Source: Candidatus Latescibacterota bacterium
GTDB lineage: Bacteria; Latescibacterota; UBA2968
Length of the DNA: 64,000 nucleotides
NCBI GenBank assembly: GCA_965207885.1
Contig: OZ242311.1
Span: forward strand, 2,208,001 to 2,272,000
Direction: 5' to 3'
The translations under genes and the position numbers were made by a program. Below are positions 1-10,074 of this stretch, one piece after another. The notes below the pieces were generated by a model. The model was not told where the DNA came from. It searched no databases and saw only the letters and a program-made list of their open reading frames with translations. The first letter of the stretch is position 1. Each line of letters begins with the position of its first letter.

Positions 1-1327
1 TGATTTTGGCTTCTTCAAGATCCACGTTGACATTCTGCTTCTGGTAGATTTCTGCGAGGCATTCCCGTTCGTAAAAGGCGGTGTGAAAGTGCCCTTGAGT
101 GAATCCGCCCCGGGCATGGACGGCGTCGTAGAGTTCTCGGTAATCCTTGCAGAAGACGGTTTCCGGATGGTAGCGCGCTTGGAGTTTGGGGTCGTGGGCT
201 TCGGGTCGATCTTCGCAGAAGATGGGAGAAAGACCGTCCAGATCGGGAAAGAATCCGAGACGGTGACTGCCGTCGGGCGGTGTGGCGAATTCAATGGAGG
301 GAAGAGCAATAAATTCTCCGGGCAGTGTGAAGGAACGCCAGGCATCTATAAGCTGTTCCCAGACTTCGGCGATGCAGGCGCTATACGAAAAAAGCTGTCC
401 GCCCGAGAAGCTCAGATGGGCGATGTCTCTGGCCCAGATAAAATAGTCTGTCAGAGGGCGCTGGTTGAACAGCATGCCGTGGATATCACCCCAGTACAGA
501 GTTAAATCAGAGGGTGTAGTAGTGACTCGCGTGGGATTGCTCTGAGCGTTCAGCTTTCCACGCCTGGCAGAGACCTGGTCCCAGGGGGCCTTCGCAGAGA
601 GGTGGGTACGCGTGGTGTGGGAATTGTCCAGAAATACGCTGATGCTTTCCGCTGCAGTAGCAAGGGTGAGTTCGTCTTTAGAAAAGACGGGATTGCCGTA
701 TGTGTCGATGGGGGTGACCTGCGCTGCGATACGCCCTGTGCTCAGCGCGTGCGCTGTCACCCGGAGCGTTTCCACAGATCCGGGCGCAATGGTGAGGGGA
801 TTGCTCTTGAGAATGGAGAGGTCTGTATCTCTGGGCAAAAAAAAGTGATACTTACCTCCTGGATGATGAAAAGAAAGGACACCGTCCAGATCTTCGACAA
901 GCCAGAAGTGAAAGGCGTCAATGGCGTTCTGTGGGAGCAGAAACCCGTCCGGATGGGTGTGAAGCGCAATGGTGACGCGTTCTCCGGGTGCAACCCGACC
1001 TTTTTTGCACCTGATGTGAACGGCGTGGAGAAACTCGGGCGTCAACGGGTGCGTGTCAAAGGTGCGCACAACGCCGCCTCCCACAAGGGGGACGCCTTCC
1101 CAGTCCGTGTCTGGTGGGCCTGTGATCTCGATGCCGTCGTGGGGTTGAAATGCCTGATCCCTGTTGAGGTACTGGCGGATGTCGTAGAAGATCCACAGGT
1201 TTCCACCGGCCCGAAATCCGCCGTCCGGTGCCCGGTAGTGGAGCCGGAGATCCACGGGACAGCAGACCTGAAGCCTGCCGGCTGCGGTTGCCCAAAATCG
1301 GCTGTCGGGCATGTGAATGTCTCGCAT
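1..1327 (-). CDS. DUF3604/PHP-like metallohydrolase domain protein, partial (runs off window start)
   Basis: Manual translation from ATG 1327 (MRDIHMPDSRFW...) stays open to the window edge and contains LYWGDIHG and GHFH motifs. It is absent from the ORF track because no stop falls in the window. It starts just after the sulfatase stop. Confidence 0.7.
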   Translation of the reverse strand, partial: MRDIHMPDSRFWATAAGRLQVCCPVDLRLHYRAPDGGFRAGGNLWIFYDIRQYLNRDQAFQPHDGIEITGPPDTDWEGVPLVGGGVVRTFDTHPLTPEFLHAVHIRCKKGRVAPGERVTIALHTHPDGFLLPQNAIDAFHFWLVEDLDGVLSFHHPGGKYHFFLPRDTDLSILKSNPLTIAPGSVETLRVTAHALSTGRIAAQVTPIDTYGNPVFSKDELTLATAAESISVFLDNSHTTRTHLSAKAPWDQVSARRGKLNAQSNPTRVTTTPSDLTLYWGDIHGMLFNQRPLTDYFIWARDIAHLSFSGGQLFSYSACIAEVWEQLIDAWRSFTLPGEFIALPSIEFATPPDGSHRLGFFPDLDGLSPIFCEDRPEAHDPKLQARYHPETVFCKDYRELYDAVHARGGFTQGHFHTAFYERECLAEIYQKQNVNVDLEEAKI

Positions 1328-1328
1328 C

Positions 1329-2642
1329 TTACCTTTTTGAACTGTTATCGCGTTTTCGCTCATTGGCTATGTGTTCGAGCATGCGATGCACGCGGTCGAT
1401 TTGTTTAGAGGTAATATTTGTTGTTTCAAAGGGGTCGGAACCGATGTGAAAGAGTTGGGTTTCTTCCGGGGTTTGGCCTTCTTCGTAGATCAATTTCCAA
1501 TTGCCCATTCGCATGCCCAAAGACGATCCCCTGAAGTTCCAGAAGATAGACCGTTCTTCGGGTACGGTGATGTCGCCTGTGAGCAGGGGCCAGATGTCCT
1601 GACCATCCCATTGGGGGTCGCTGTTGGGCGTGTACCCGATGAGGTTGGTCAGGGTTGGCATCCAGTCGGTTATGTGCAGGGGGTGAAAGCATTTGCCGGG
1701 TTGGAGATGAAAAGGCCAATTGATCAGGGACGGCGTGCGTATGCCGCCTTCGTAGAGTTGAGATTTTTGACCTCGCAGGGGCAGGTTGCTGCCCAGGCGT
1801 GGCATTTCTTCGTGGCGTCCCGGATATTTATCCGTGTCGTGAAGGGGACCGGCAGGGATGGCGCCGTTGTCCGATGAGAAGATGATGATGGTGTTTTCGC
1901 GCTGGCATATACGGGCAAGGGTTTCGACGAGTTGACCGATGGCGTGATCCATCTGGCTGGCGTACGCGGCATAGGTCTTGAATGAGCGGTCTTTGTTGTC
2001 GTCGGGATCGTAGCGCCGGTCTGAATAGCGGTCTATCCAGTGCTGCGGTGCTTTTATCGGGGTGTGTACAGCGGTAAATGGGACATAGCAGAACCAGGGG
2101 CCTGTTTGTTCTTCGATCCATTGGATGGCTTCCCGAGCGATGAGGTCGGTGACGTGGCCGCGCTCTTCTACGAGTTCGCCATTGCGGTGCCAGGTGACGC
2201 TGAATGGCCCCGATTTGTAGCGATGGTTATACGGGTCAACGCCGCCGGCCAGGCTCCCATAAGCTGTATTGAAACCAAATTGGTTGGGGCCGTATTCGGG
2301 GGAGGATCCCAGATGCCATTTTCCAAAGAGGCCGGTTTCGTAGCCCGCATTGCGGAAGGATGAGGCGAGTGTTTCATATCCATCTGGGAGTACGGGGGCA
2401 TTGGATGGGACGGTGGCGTGGCGTCCAAAGCGACCGGGATGGCGGCCCGTCAGCAGACAGGTGCGGGTGGGGGTACACATGGGACAGACGTAGTGCTGGT
2501 CGAGTTCGATTCCCGTGGCTGCGAGGCGGTCGATATTGGGCGTGCGAATGTGTGAGCCGTGATAGCTGACGTCACCCCAGCCCATGTCGTCGGCGAGGAT
2601 GAAGAGGATGTTGGGTTTTTCAATTTTTCCGGATTTGGTCAT
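1329..2642 (-). CDS. Arylsulfatase (sulfatase S1 family, ARSB-like)
   Basis: PNILFILADDMGWGD, CTPTR (CxPxR formylglycine motif), LLTGR, GKWHLG, SDNG; start adjusted to MTKSG at 2642. Confidence 0.93.
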   Translation of the reverse strand: MTKSGKIEKPNILFILADDMGWGDVSYHGSHIRTPNIDRLAATGIELDQHYVCPMCTPTRTCLLTGRHPGRFGRHATVPSNAPVLPDGYETLASSFRNAGYETGLFGKWHLGSSPEYGPNQFGFNTAYGSLAGGVDPYNHRYKSGPFSVTWHRNGELVEERGHVTDLIAREAIQWIEEQTGPWFCYVPFTAVHTPIKAPQHWIDRYSDRRYDPDDNKDRSFKTYAAYASQMDHAIGQLVETLARICQRENTIIIFSSDNGAIPAGPLHDTDKYPGRHEEMPRLGSNLPLRGQKSQLYEGGIRTPSLINWPFHLQPGKCFHPLHITDWMPTLTNLIGYTPNSDPQWDGQDIWPLLTGDITVPEERSIFWNFRGSSLGMRMGNWKLIYEEGQTPEETQLFHIGSDPFETTNITSKQIDRVHRMLEHIANERKRDNSSKR

Positions 2643-2664
2643 GTCAGGTGTCCTGTTAAAAAGT

Positions 2665-3072
2665 CTATAAAATCCACTGTCTGATTTTACCGTTTTCCCT
2701 GTGTTTCGCATACCACAATAATAGGATTATGATTGCGACACCTATGCCATCCCATACCACATCGGTCCAGACGCCAGTGCGACTGGGTACAAAGGATTGA
2801 TGGTATTCGTCCAATATCGCATAGAGAATAGATATCAGGACGCTCCAAAATACACAGGAGGTAAATCGGTTCTTTGTCCATAGAGATCGGAAACACAAAT
2901 AGGTCAGAATAGCATATTCTGCTATGTGTGCGAATTCGCGCGCCGCATGGTGTATTCGTTCACTAAAAAAGAAAAATTTTTCTGTATTTCCGAACGATAA
3001 CAGGCCACTTGAACCAATAAAAATTAAGAGTAGCCAGACAAACAGGGCGATGCGCCAATGCGTTGTTGTCAT
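2665..3072 (-). CDS. VanZ family membrane protein
   Basis: REFAHIAEYAIL, YAILDEYHQSFVPSRTG...DVVWD; start at MTTTHW. Confidence 0.85.
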   Translation of the reverse strand: MTTTHWRIALFVWLLLIFIGSSGLLSFGNTEKFFFFSERIHHAAREFAHIAEYAILTYLCFRSLWTKNRFTSCVFWSVLISILYAILDEYHQSFVPSRTGVWTDVVWDGIGVAIIILLLWYAKHRENGKIRQWIL

Positions 3073-3085
3073 GAGTTTTTCCACC

Positions 3086-3826
3086 CTACTGTGCAGTTTT
3101 GAGGGCTTGTATCGCGTCGTCGGTGGCGTCAATAACATGGGCACCCGCGGGTACGATAAATTCAAACCATTTGTCTTTCAAATCTGGATTGATGGTCAAA
3201 TTGTGAAAGGTCTGCGTGATGATCTCATTGTTTTCGGCATCAAAAAAGCCAATCCGGCGCAACAAGCCATCTTCGGAATTGATGAGTAATTGTGCTTTGA
3301 CAGGGGGGGTAGGCAGTTGTGCGTGCAAGAGATTGACTTTGATCTTTGCTTCAAAGACGCGGTGGGAGCGTTCCTCAAATATTTCGTCTGCGGTGTAGCG
3401 AATGCTCGTCCATTCCAGACCTCTAAAGGGACGCAAAGGGTCGGCCTGGTCTGCATCGGCTTCGAGGTTGGTGATGCGATAGACACGCCCCAGGTTCACT
3501 TTGGAGACAATTTTTTCTTCGCGGTCATAAGTCCACATCAATCCGCCATCAGACAAACGTTGTGAAATAATTACTTGATCTTGCACGGTGTCGAGACGCA
3601 TCAGGTTGGGGCGCTTAAAGGTTGCGCTGGCATTGAGTGCCAGTTCTTGATCCATAACGCGAATGACGGTCGTTTGTTCGGCCTTGCAGGTGACGATTTC
3701 TCTGGCGTTTTTTTGGATTTCGACCATTATTTTATCGGTCTTACCATCTCCTGTTGACATTTTGTTTTCGTTTTCCGCGCTGACCTGGGCTGTGAGGATC
3801 AGCATTGCGATCACCCAGCGTTTCAT
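3086..3826 (-). CDS. LolA-like outer-membrane lipoprotein carrier/sorting protein
   Basis: Signal peptide, FKRPNLMRLD, SDGGLMWTYD, C-terminal FEFIVPAGAHVID; SD AAGGAG. Confidence 0.75.
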   Translation of the reverse strand: MKRWVIAMLILTAQVSAENENKMSTGDGKTDKIMVEIQKNAREIVTCKAEQTTVIRVMDQELALNASATFKRPNLMRLDTVQDQVIISQRLSDGGLMWTYDREEKIVSKVNLGRVYRITNLEADADQADPLRPFRGLEWTSIRYTADEIFEERSHRVFEAKIKVNLLHAQLPTPPVKAQLLINSEDGLLRRIGFFDAENNEIITQTFHNLTINPDLKDKWFEFIVPAGAHVIDATDDAIQALKTAQ

Positions 3827-3838
3827 GACTGGCTCCTT

Positions 3839-4435
3839 ATGAGAAATTTTATTCTTCGCGCTCGCAAAGGTCCCACCACACCCGATTTTTCACTGGATAA
3901 TCTGAGCCGGGTTGGACGATTGGAGATTGTGGCGCATTGTTTGGTCAATGCGCTTTTTTATTCTCAAAATATACGAACGAATACTGTTGTACATCTCGTC
4001 TTTGATGGGCCTTCGGACCCACCGAAAACCGTGCGCTTTGAAAGCGATCATCTGACCTATTTGGGTGGGTTTGATGAACGCACGCTGGCAGGGGCTGTAC
4101 AAAAAGCACTATCTGCTGGCAAGGGTTTGTCACTGGGCGAAGAGCGGCAGGTTGATGACGGCCTGTTTGTGGCAAAAAAGGGATTTGAACGCGCTGTGCA
4201 AGATCGCACAGAATCGCTCTATGTACTCGAGCGCCGAGGTGTTGACATTCGCACGGTGACATTTCCCCAGGATGTAACTTTTGTTTTTTCAGATCATCTC
4301 ACAATGCCAAAAAAAACGGCTAAGTATTTGCGCCGCCTCGGTGCCAAGCCGATTTGCGTAGGTCCCAGGATGTTGTTTGCCTCTCAGTGTATCGTGTTGC
4401 TACACAATGAGTTGGACCGACAGGATATTTGGTAA
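3839..4435 (+). CDS. trmY: tRNA (pseudouridine54-N1)-methyltransferase TrmY-like (SPOUT, DUF358)
   Basis: MRNFILRAR...FSLDNL...GRLEIVAHCLVNALFYSQNIR, GFDERTLA, FVFSDH, GPRMLFASQCIVLLHNELDR. Confidence 0.85.
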   Translation: MRNFILRARKGPTTPDFSLDNLSRVGRLEIVAHCLVNALFYSQNIRTNTVVHLVFDGPSDPPKTVRFESDHLTYLGGFDERTLAGAVQKALSAGKGLSLGEERQVDDGLFVAKKGFERAVQDRTESLYVLERRGVDIRTVTFPQDVTFVFSDHLTMPKKTAKYLRRLGAKPICVGPRMLFASQCIVLLHNELDRQDIW

Positions 4436-4441
4436 AGTGAT

Positions 4442-4939
4442 TTACTGGAAGAGTTTGAATGTCGCGCCGATGTGTCCGGAAAATCCGCTGACGACATCGT
4501 TTTGATCTTCGACAAATTTGATTCTGACAAATATCCCGAGTTTTTCACCTATTGGAAATTTATATCCCAATTCTCCACCTATAAAACGCTCAGAAACACC
4601 ATCGGATAACACAATTCCAATACTCGGTCCCAAAAATAGCTTGTGGGTTTCAAAATCGCGCATGCCAATCGCATAATTGAGACTCGTGCCCAGGGTCTGC
4701 ATCATCGGGCTGGCAAAACTTATGTCGTAAAACGGCGCAAATATGAATGGACCAGGCAGGTTGACATGGACAGAGGCGTGCAGGGCGATTCCACCAGCTG
4801 ATTCAAAACGCTGACGGACACTGTCATTCCACATAAAGCCCCCACCGAGATTTACGCCGTCGATAAATGCCGCATGGGCAGTGCCTATATTAGCAGACAA
4901 CACACATAGCGCGAGACAAAAACTTTTTAGAATCTTCAT
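4442..4939 (-). CDS. Small outer-membrane beta-barrel protein
   Basis: Signal peptide (AHA), alternating amphipathic strands, aromatic C-terminus. Confidence 0.6.
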   Translation of the reverse strand: MKILKSFCLALCVLSANIGTAHAAFIDGVNLGGGFMWNDSVRQRFESAGGIALHASVHVNLPGPFIFAPFYDISFASPMMQTLGTSLNYAIGMRDFETHKLFLGPSIGIVLSDGVSERFIGGELGYKFPIGEKLGIFVRIKFVEDQNDVVSGFSGHIGATFKLFQ

Positions 4940-4950
4940 AAACTCTCCTT

Positions 4951-6030
4951 TTAAAGATACCGTTCACTATCTGATCGCTCGCCCAATGCCGCGACCACAT
5001 CTTTTACGCGCTGAGAGCTATCGCGGGGCAAAATAAGCAGGGCATCGCCCGTATCGACTACGATTAAGTTCTCGACATCGACCAGCGCGATTACTTTTTT
5101 TTTGTTGCCATAAACTGTTGTGTTTTTTGCATTGAGCGATAGCACATTGCCACGCAGCACATTGCCATTTTCATCTGTGGGCAAGACATCTGTCAAAGCA
5201 CCCCACGCGCCGATATCGCTCCACTCAATATCTGCTTGTAGGGTCGCAATATCTGACGTGCGTTCGATAATCGCATGATCAATCGCGATGTTTTTCATCT
5301 GTGGATAGATTTCGGTAATGACGTCTGCTTCTCGTCCCTCTTTGGCAGCGGTGCCAATTTGTTCGAGCAGGGCATACATTTCGGGTTCAAATTTTGCAAA
5401 AAGATCCAGCATTGTTCTGGCTTTCCACACAAACATATTGCTATTCCACAGATATTGACCGCTCTCCAGATATGTTTTTGCAGCTTCCGCATCGGGTTTT
5501 TCTGTAAATGACTCTACGGCATAAACCGGCTCGTTGTTTATCTTTGCAATCACATCGCCTTTTTGTATATATCCAAAGCCAGTGTCTGCGCGCGTTGGTT
5601 TTACACCGAGTACAAACAGGGTCTCGGCGCGACCTTTCAGCGCGTCTTCCGCTACTTTGAGCAACCGACAAAATTCCTCTGGTTTGCCAATGTGATGATC
5701 AGAACCCAAACTCGCAATTGTACATCCGGGAAAACGAGCTTCCAACAAGGCGCACTCAAGCCCGACCGCAGGCCCTGTGTTGCGGAGTGCTGGTTCTACA
5801 ATCGCGTTTTCAGCAGATAATTCGGGCAATTGTTCTCGAATGCTATGCAATAATTTAACGCCGATAGATACATAAAGGTCATCTATTTTGGCCAGTGAAT
5901 TGAGGCGATCTACCGCCTCCTGCAACATTGTGCGTTCACCCGTCAAAGCGTGAAATTGTTTGGGCCTGTTCTTGCGACTCAAAGGCCATAGCCGCGTACC
6001 AACACCACCCGCGCGAATTACAAATTTCAT
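4951..6030 (-). CDS. manC: Mannose-1-phosphate guanylyltransferase
   Basis: AGGVGTRLWPLSRKNRPKQF, EPALRNTGPA, FTEKPD, WNSNMF, WSDIGAW. Confidence 0.92.
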   Translation of the reverse strand: MKFVIRAGGVGTRLWPLSRKNRPKQFHALTGERTMLQEAVDRLNSLAKIDDLYVSIGVKLLHSIREQLPELSAENAIVEPALRNTGPAVGLECALLEARFPGCTIASLGSDHHIGKPEEFCRLLKVAEDALKGRAETLFVLGVKPTRADTGFGYIQKGDVIAKINNEPVYAVESFTEKPDAEAAKTYLESGQYLWNSNMFVWKARTMLDLFAKFEPEMYALLEQIGTAAKEGREADVITEIYPQMKNIAIDHAIIERTSDIATLQADIEWSDIGAWGALTDVLPTDENGNVLRGNVLSLNAKNTTVYGNKKKVIALVDVENLIVVDTGDALLILPRDSSQRVKDVVAALGERSDSERYL

Positions 6031-6177
6031 ATCCCGTATCCAGCTATCACAACACCAGGAGTAATATCCCTTGCAAGAGGTCGCAACCGAAACCTTGCAG
6101 CAAAGGCCGTCTTTTTATATCTTTATTCAAATACGCGTGAAATATCCCTCAGGGGGATTGCTCCCCCGCAACAGGAG

Positions 6178-7236
6178 TTGACTGTTATGGCACTGACTGC
6201 CACTACTTTGGAAGAGACCTATCAACAGATGGCCGAGCGATTAGAGGGCATTGTCCCCGATATCGAATTGCGCTACAAAGCCGAATTGGCTTACGAAATC
6301 AATAAGCTAAAAAAAGAGCGCGGGGCCATTATCCTCGGGCATAATTACATGGAGCCAGCACTTTATCACTCTGTGCCAGATGTCGTGGGCGATTCGCTCG
6401 AGTTATCGCGTAAAGCCGCAGAAACCGACGCCGATCCCATTGTTTTTTGCGGCGTGCGCTTTATGGCCGAGACCGCAAAAATTCTCAATCCCGACAAAAC
6501 CGTGCTCTTACCTGCGCGCGTTGCGGGCTGTTCACTCGCCGCGAGCATTACCGCAGAAGATGTTCGCAATCTGCGCGAACAATATCCGGGCGTTCCCATT
6601 GTCACGTATATCAACACTTATGCCGATGTCAAAGCCGAATGCGATATTTGCTGTACATCGGGCAATGCCCACAAAGTCGTCGAATCGCTCGATTCGGATA
6701 CCGTGATCTTTTTGCCCGACGAATATTTAGCCGCCAATGTGGCGCAAGAGACCGATAAGCGCATTATTTTTCCCACAATAACGGGATTTTCCGATCCCAA
6801 ACCCGGTCTTGAATACGAAATGATCGGCTGGCATGGCAGGTGTGAGGTGCACGAGCAATTTACCGTTCAAGATATTGAAGATGTGCGCGTGCAGTTTCCA
6901 GATGTCGTTGTTCTCTCCCACCCGGAATGCAGTCCTGAAGTGGTCGCTGCGTCCGATTTTTCGGGCAGTACCTCTCGCATGGTCGATTATGTGCGCGAAA
7001 TGGATGCCGAGCGGTATTTGCTGCTCACAGAATGCAGCATGGGCGACAATATCGCAGCGGAAAACCCGGATAAAGAAATGGTTGGCCTGTGCAGCATTCG
7101 CTGTCCACATATGAACGAAATTACACTTGAAGATACGCTCAATGCACTCGAATATAACGAGCAAATCATCGAAGTGCCCGAAGATATCCGCGTGCGCGCA
7201 TTAAAGGCTGTGGAACGCATGCTGGAGATTGTATGA
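6178..7236 (+). CDS. nadA: Quinolinate synthase
   Basis: GHNY, VGDSLELS, FCGVRFMAETAKILNP, AGCSLA, CEVH, HPEC, CPHM. Confidence 0.97.
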   Translation: MTVMALTATTLEETYQQMAERLEGIVPDIELRYKAELAYEINKLKKERGAIILGHNYMEPALYHSVPDVVGDSLELSRKAAETDADPIVFCGVRFMAETAKILNPDKTVLLPARVAGCSLAASITAEDVRNLREQYPGVPIVTYINTYADVKAECDICCTSGNAHKVVESLDSDTVIFLPDEYLAANVAQETDKRIIFPTITGFSDPKPGLEYEMIGWHGRCEVHEQFTVQDIEDVRVQFPDVVVLSHPECSPEVVAASDFSGSTSRMVDYVREMDAERYLLLTECSMGDNIAAENPDKEMVGLCSIRCPHMNEITLEDTLNALEYNEQIIEVPEDIRVRALKAVERMLEIV

Positions 7237-7265
7237 TCGCTTTAAAAACACAGTTACGCGATACC

Positions 7266-7293
7266 AAAGGCCCGGTAGATTCCGGGCCTTTTT
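7266..7293. terminator. Intrinsic terminator after nadA
   Basis: AAAGGCCCGG-loop-CCGGGCCTTTTT. Confidence 0.85.
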
Positions 7294-7344
7294 GCATTTC
7301 GATATTGAGTATCAGACCTGTGTGTTTTTGGTCAATGTCCAATC

Positions 7345-8676
7345 TCACTCACCATCGTAAACTTCTGCTTGGAACAGATTGTTTTGAAAATCGAGGTACT
7401 GATCTTTTGTCATCTCTGGTTTGTAATTTGCAAGCACGGCTTTTGCCTCTGTAGCGCGGTCGTAAAGCAGATCTACTGCTATCATAGACAGTGATTTTGC
7501 CGGTTCTACATATCCCATCTCTTTATCGGAAATATGCCACTCGACGCTGTGTCCCGGTCCCGAAGCCCCCGACATATAGGGATGAATCGCGGGCATAATG
7601 CAGGATATATCGCCCATATCAGTTGAGCCGGTTCTGTGGCCAACTGTACAAAATTCATCTTCTCCAAAACGCGCTCTGGCATTTTTTCCATAGAGTGCCT
7701 GCAAATCCGCATTGTTTTTTAATGGCATATATCCCGGTAGTGTTTCTATTTCTACTGTTGCGCCAAGTGCCATTGCGCCGGCTCGAAGTGCGCGATCTAC
7801 TTTCATACTGGCATCGAGAATCGCTTCTGCGGTGCGTCCTCGAACATAAGTTTCCATACAAACTTCGTCGGGGATGACATTGACCAACTCTCCGCCTTTG
7901 GTGATGATGGGATGCACTCGAACAGAATCGTGATCCTGGAATGTTTCGCGCTGTGCATTGATGGCATTCAGTGCAATTTGAGCGGCATTCAGTGCATTGA
8001 TGCCCCGATGAGGTGCGCCTCCCGCATGCGCGGCTTTGCCCACAAACCGAATCATCTTTGCTACAAATCCGTTAGACGAGGCGGAAGCCGCGGCTTTGGT
8101 CAATGATTCATCGCTATGTGTATGAATCATAATCGCCATATCGATATCGTCAAAATGCCCGTGCTTGATCAATTCGGGTTTGCCACCCAGAAAGCTCAAT
8201 TTCCCAGATTTCACCAGATTCAAACGGTATTCAACCTCTACAAATTCCTCTGCGGGCACGGCGAAAAAGACGACTCTTCCCGCCAAATCATCAACTACGC
8301 GCGCATCTACCATGCCCATCATTGCGCCCATTAATCCCGCGATCTGTGCATTGTGACCACAAGCATGTGCCGCTCCCGTATCGAGATTGGCATTGGGATG
8401 TCCGGAAACCAGGAGCGAGTCGAGTTCGCCAATTAGTGCAACGGTTGGCCCCGGCTTACTTCCCTGCAACACGCCTTTTACACCTGTAATTGCCAGCTCG
8501 GTTTCACACGGTACGCCAAATTCGTCCATTGTTTGCGATACCAACTTTGCTGTCTCAAATTCTTTAAATCCCAACTCGGGATTTAACATAATGTGATCGC
8601 CAATGCGACAAATCTGATCTCGACGTCGATCAATGGCTTCACAAACGCGCTTCTTGAGTTCGGCTTTTGTGGGCAT
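7345..8676 (-). CDS. M20 family amidohydrolase/peptidase
   Basis: NPELGFKE, ELDSL, HACGHNAQ, PAEE, GKAAHAG, GSTDMGD. Confidence 0.9.
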   Translation of the reverse strand: MPTKAELKKRVCEAIDRRRDQICRIGDHIMLNPELGFKEFETAKLVSQTMDEFGVPCETELAITGVKGVLQGSKPGPTVALIGELDSLLVSGHPNANLDTGAAHACGHNAQIAGLMGAMMGMVDARVVDDLAGRVVFFAVPAEEFVEVEYRLNLVKSGKLSFLGGKPELIKHGHFDDIDMAIMIHTHSDESLTKAAASASSNGFVAKMIRFVGKAAHAGGAPHRGINALNAAQIALNAINAQRETFQDHDSVRVHPIITKGGELVNVIPDEVCMETYVRGRTAEAILDASMKVDRALRAGAMALGATVEIETLPGYMPLKNNADLQALYGKNARARFGEDEFCTVGHRTGSTDMGDISCIMPAIHPYMSGASGPGHSVEWHISDKEMGYVEPAKSLSMIAVDLLYDRATEAKAVLANYKPEMTKDQYLDFQNNLFQAEVYDGE

Positions 8677-8703
8677 AAATTCCTCCGATTATTTTTTATT
8701 TTT

Positions 8704-9747
8704 TTACCTGATTTTTAATAATAATATCAGCAAAAGAGGCGTTACAATGGCTTGTAAAAGTGTAAATCTGACCAGTACCTGTGTATTGGACCAGCCCCAT
8801 TTTTGACGGACGTGATCGTGCAGGGGATAACGCACTTGTTTGAAAATGCCGATTTTAAAAAAGCGCAATAAAGCGACTTTCAGAAGGCCTGTTGCGCCAT
8901 TGACCAGCACGACTCCGGCTACTACAATAATCAAAAACGGATTCCCACACGCCAGGACCAGCATGCCGAGTAATAAGCCCAGAGGGCGAGATCCGGCATC
9001 GCCCATCAACACGGCACTCGGATTGGCATTGTGCCATAAATAGCCCACCAGACAACCCGTCATGACAAAAGCCATTACCGCCCAATTGGCCGCCTCTTTG
9101 TAGTGCGGTACAAGTAGATATTGGGCGATATCCCTATGTCCTACAATAACGTACAGCGCGCCACCCAAAAAAATGAATGCCAGCATGCACAAACTGCCCG
9201 ATAGGCCATCCACACCGTCTGTGCAGTTTGTGGCGTTAATAGTCATCCACAACAAGCATGTAGCAATGGGGATATAAATCCAGGGTGGCACAATAACCGA
9301 CGTCTTAATTAGCGGTAGCCACACTTCGACTGCTGCCATCTGGCACACGACCATAGCACCTAAAATGGAGATGACCAGATCGAACAACCCCATGCGGTAT
9401 TCACTCCATTCATAGCGGTCATCGAAAAATCCCACCAGCATTGCCAGGAATAGGCATCCCAAAGCAGCCAGATATCGCGTTCCAAGTGGTACAAATAAAA
9501 ATCCGACAATAATAAAAACAGAAATGAAAATAACGCCTGCCCCTGCGGGCTTGCCCTTATTTTGTGCGGCGCCAACAGCGTGAGCACGCCCCTGGTCACG
9601 CGGTAATCGGTGCCACAATTTGGGTAAAATTCTCCAGGTTAACACGCAGGCGAGTGCGGTACCTGCACCAACCAAAAATAGATAAGAAGTGAAGAGGCGA
9701 AATGGCCCATAGATGTCCAACAATTGCTCACCCAGCCAGTAGAGCAC
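8704..9747 (-). CDS. mraY: MraY-like phospho-N-acetylmuramoyl-pentapeptide transferase (standalone paralog)
   Basis: GFFDD, NATNCTDGVDGL, HNANPSAVLMGDAGS, PLHDH...GWS; multiple TM helices. Confidence 0.8.
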   Translation of the reverse strand: MLYWLGEQLLDIYGPFRLFTSYLFLVGAGTALACVLTWRILPKLWHRLPRDQGRAHAVGAAQNKGKPAGAGVIFISVFIIVGFLFVPLGTRYLAALGCLFLAMLVGFFDDRYEWSEYRMGLFDLVISILGAMVVCQMAAVEVWLPLIKTSVIVPPWIYIPIATCLLWMTINATNCTDGVDGLSGSLCMLAFIFLGGALYVIVGHRDIAQYLLVPHYKEAANWAVMAFVMTGCLVGYLWHNANPSAVLMGDAGSRPLGLLLGMLVLACGNPFLIIVVAGVVLVNGATGLLKVALLRFFKIGIFKQVRYPLHDHVRQKWGWSNTQVLVRFTLLQAIVTPLLLILLLKIR

Positions 9748-9886
9748 AGCGCAAACTCCCGTGTGATATGATTTGAAAAATGAAACAAATCAGGACCAAT
9801 GTAAGGTCTCTATCATTAAAGGGCAAGTCTGAACTCATAGCCGATTCCTTTGTGGGCGGTCATTTACTTATTTTAAAAGAAAAACC

Positions 9887-9915
9887 TTGACGCGAAAACA
9901 CAGACTTTCTATTTT
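9887..9915 (+). promoter_or_regulatory. Sigma70-type promoter for the his leader
   Basis: TTGACG-17 nt-TATTTT; predicted start a few nt before leader ATG 9925. Confidence 0.6.
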
Positions 9916-9924
9916 GTAATTACT

Positions 9925-10074
9925 ATGAACGCATTGATCAACAACCCGGTTACTTTTACTAATCCAAACACAGTTTTGGCCGGGAATGCGTTTGCCCGTA
10001 CCGCTCAGCACCATACTCATCATGCTACGTCTGCGACTTTTTGCACGATGCGCTCGGCGGTGGATATGTCATAA
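9925..10074 (+). CDS. His-rich leader peptide (49 aa) of a ribosome-mediated attenuator
   Basis: MNALINNPVTFTNPNTVLAGNAFARTAQHHTHHATSATFCTMRSAVDMS*; HHTHH at 10009-10023; upstream of hisI operon. Confidence 0.8.
   Translation: MNALINNPVTFTNPNTVLAGNAFARTAQHHTHHATSATFCTMRSAVDMS

Noticed and set aside
83-1408. Plus-strand ORFs 83-505 and 602-1408
   Set aside because: They are shadows of the minus-strand DUF3604-like gene starting at 1327 and have no motifs.
6031-6177. Possible NAD riboswitch upstream of nadA (small hairpins such as GGGGGA/TCCCCC)
   Set aside because: I could not match the nadA-motif consensus, and a plausible promoter at about 6095-6123 leaves too short a leader. An Rfam scan would settle it.
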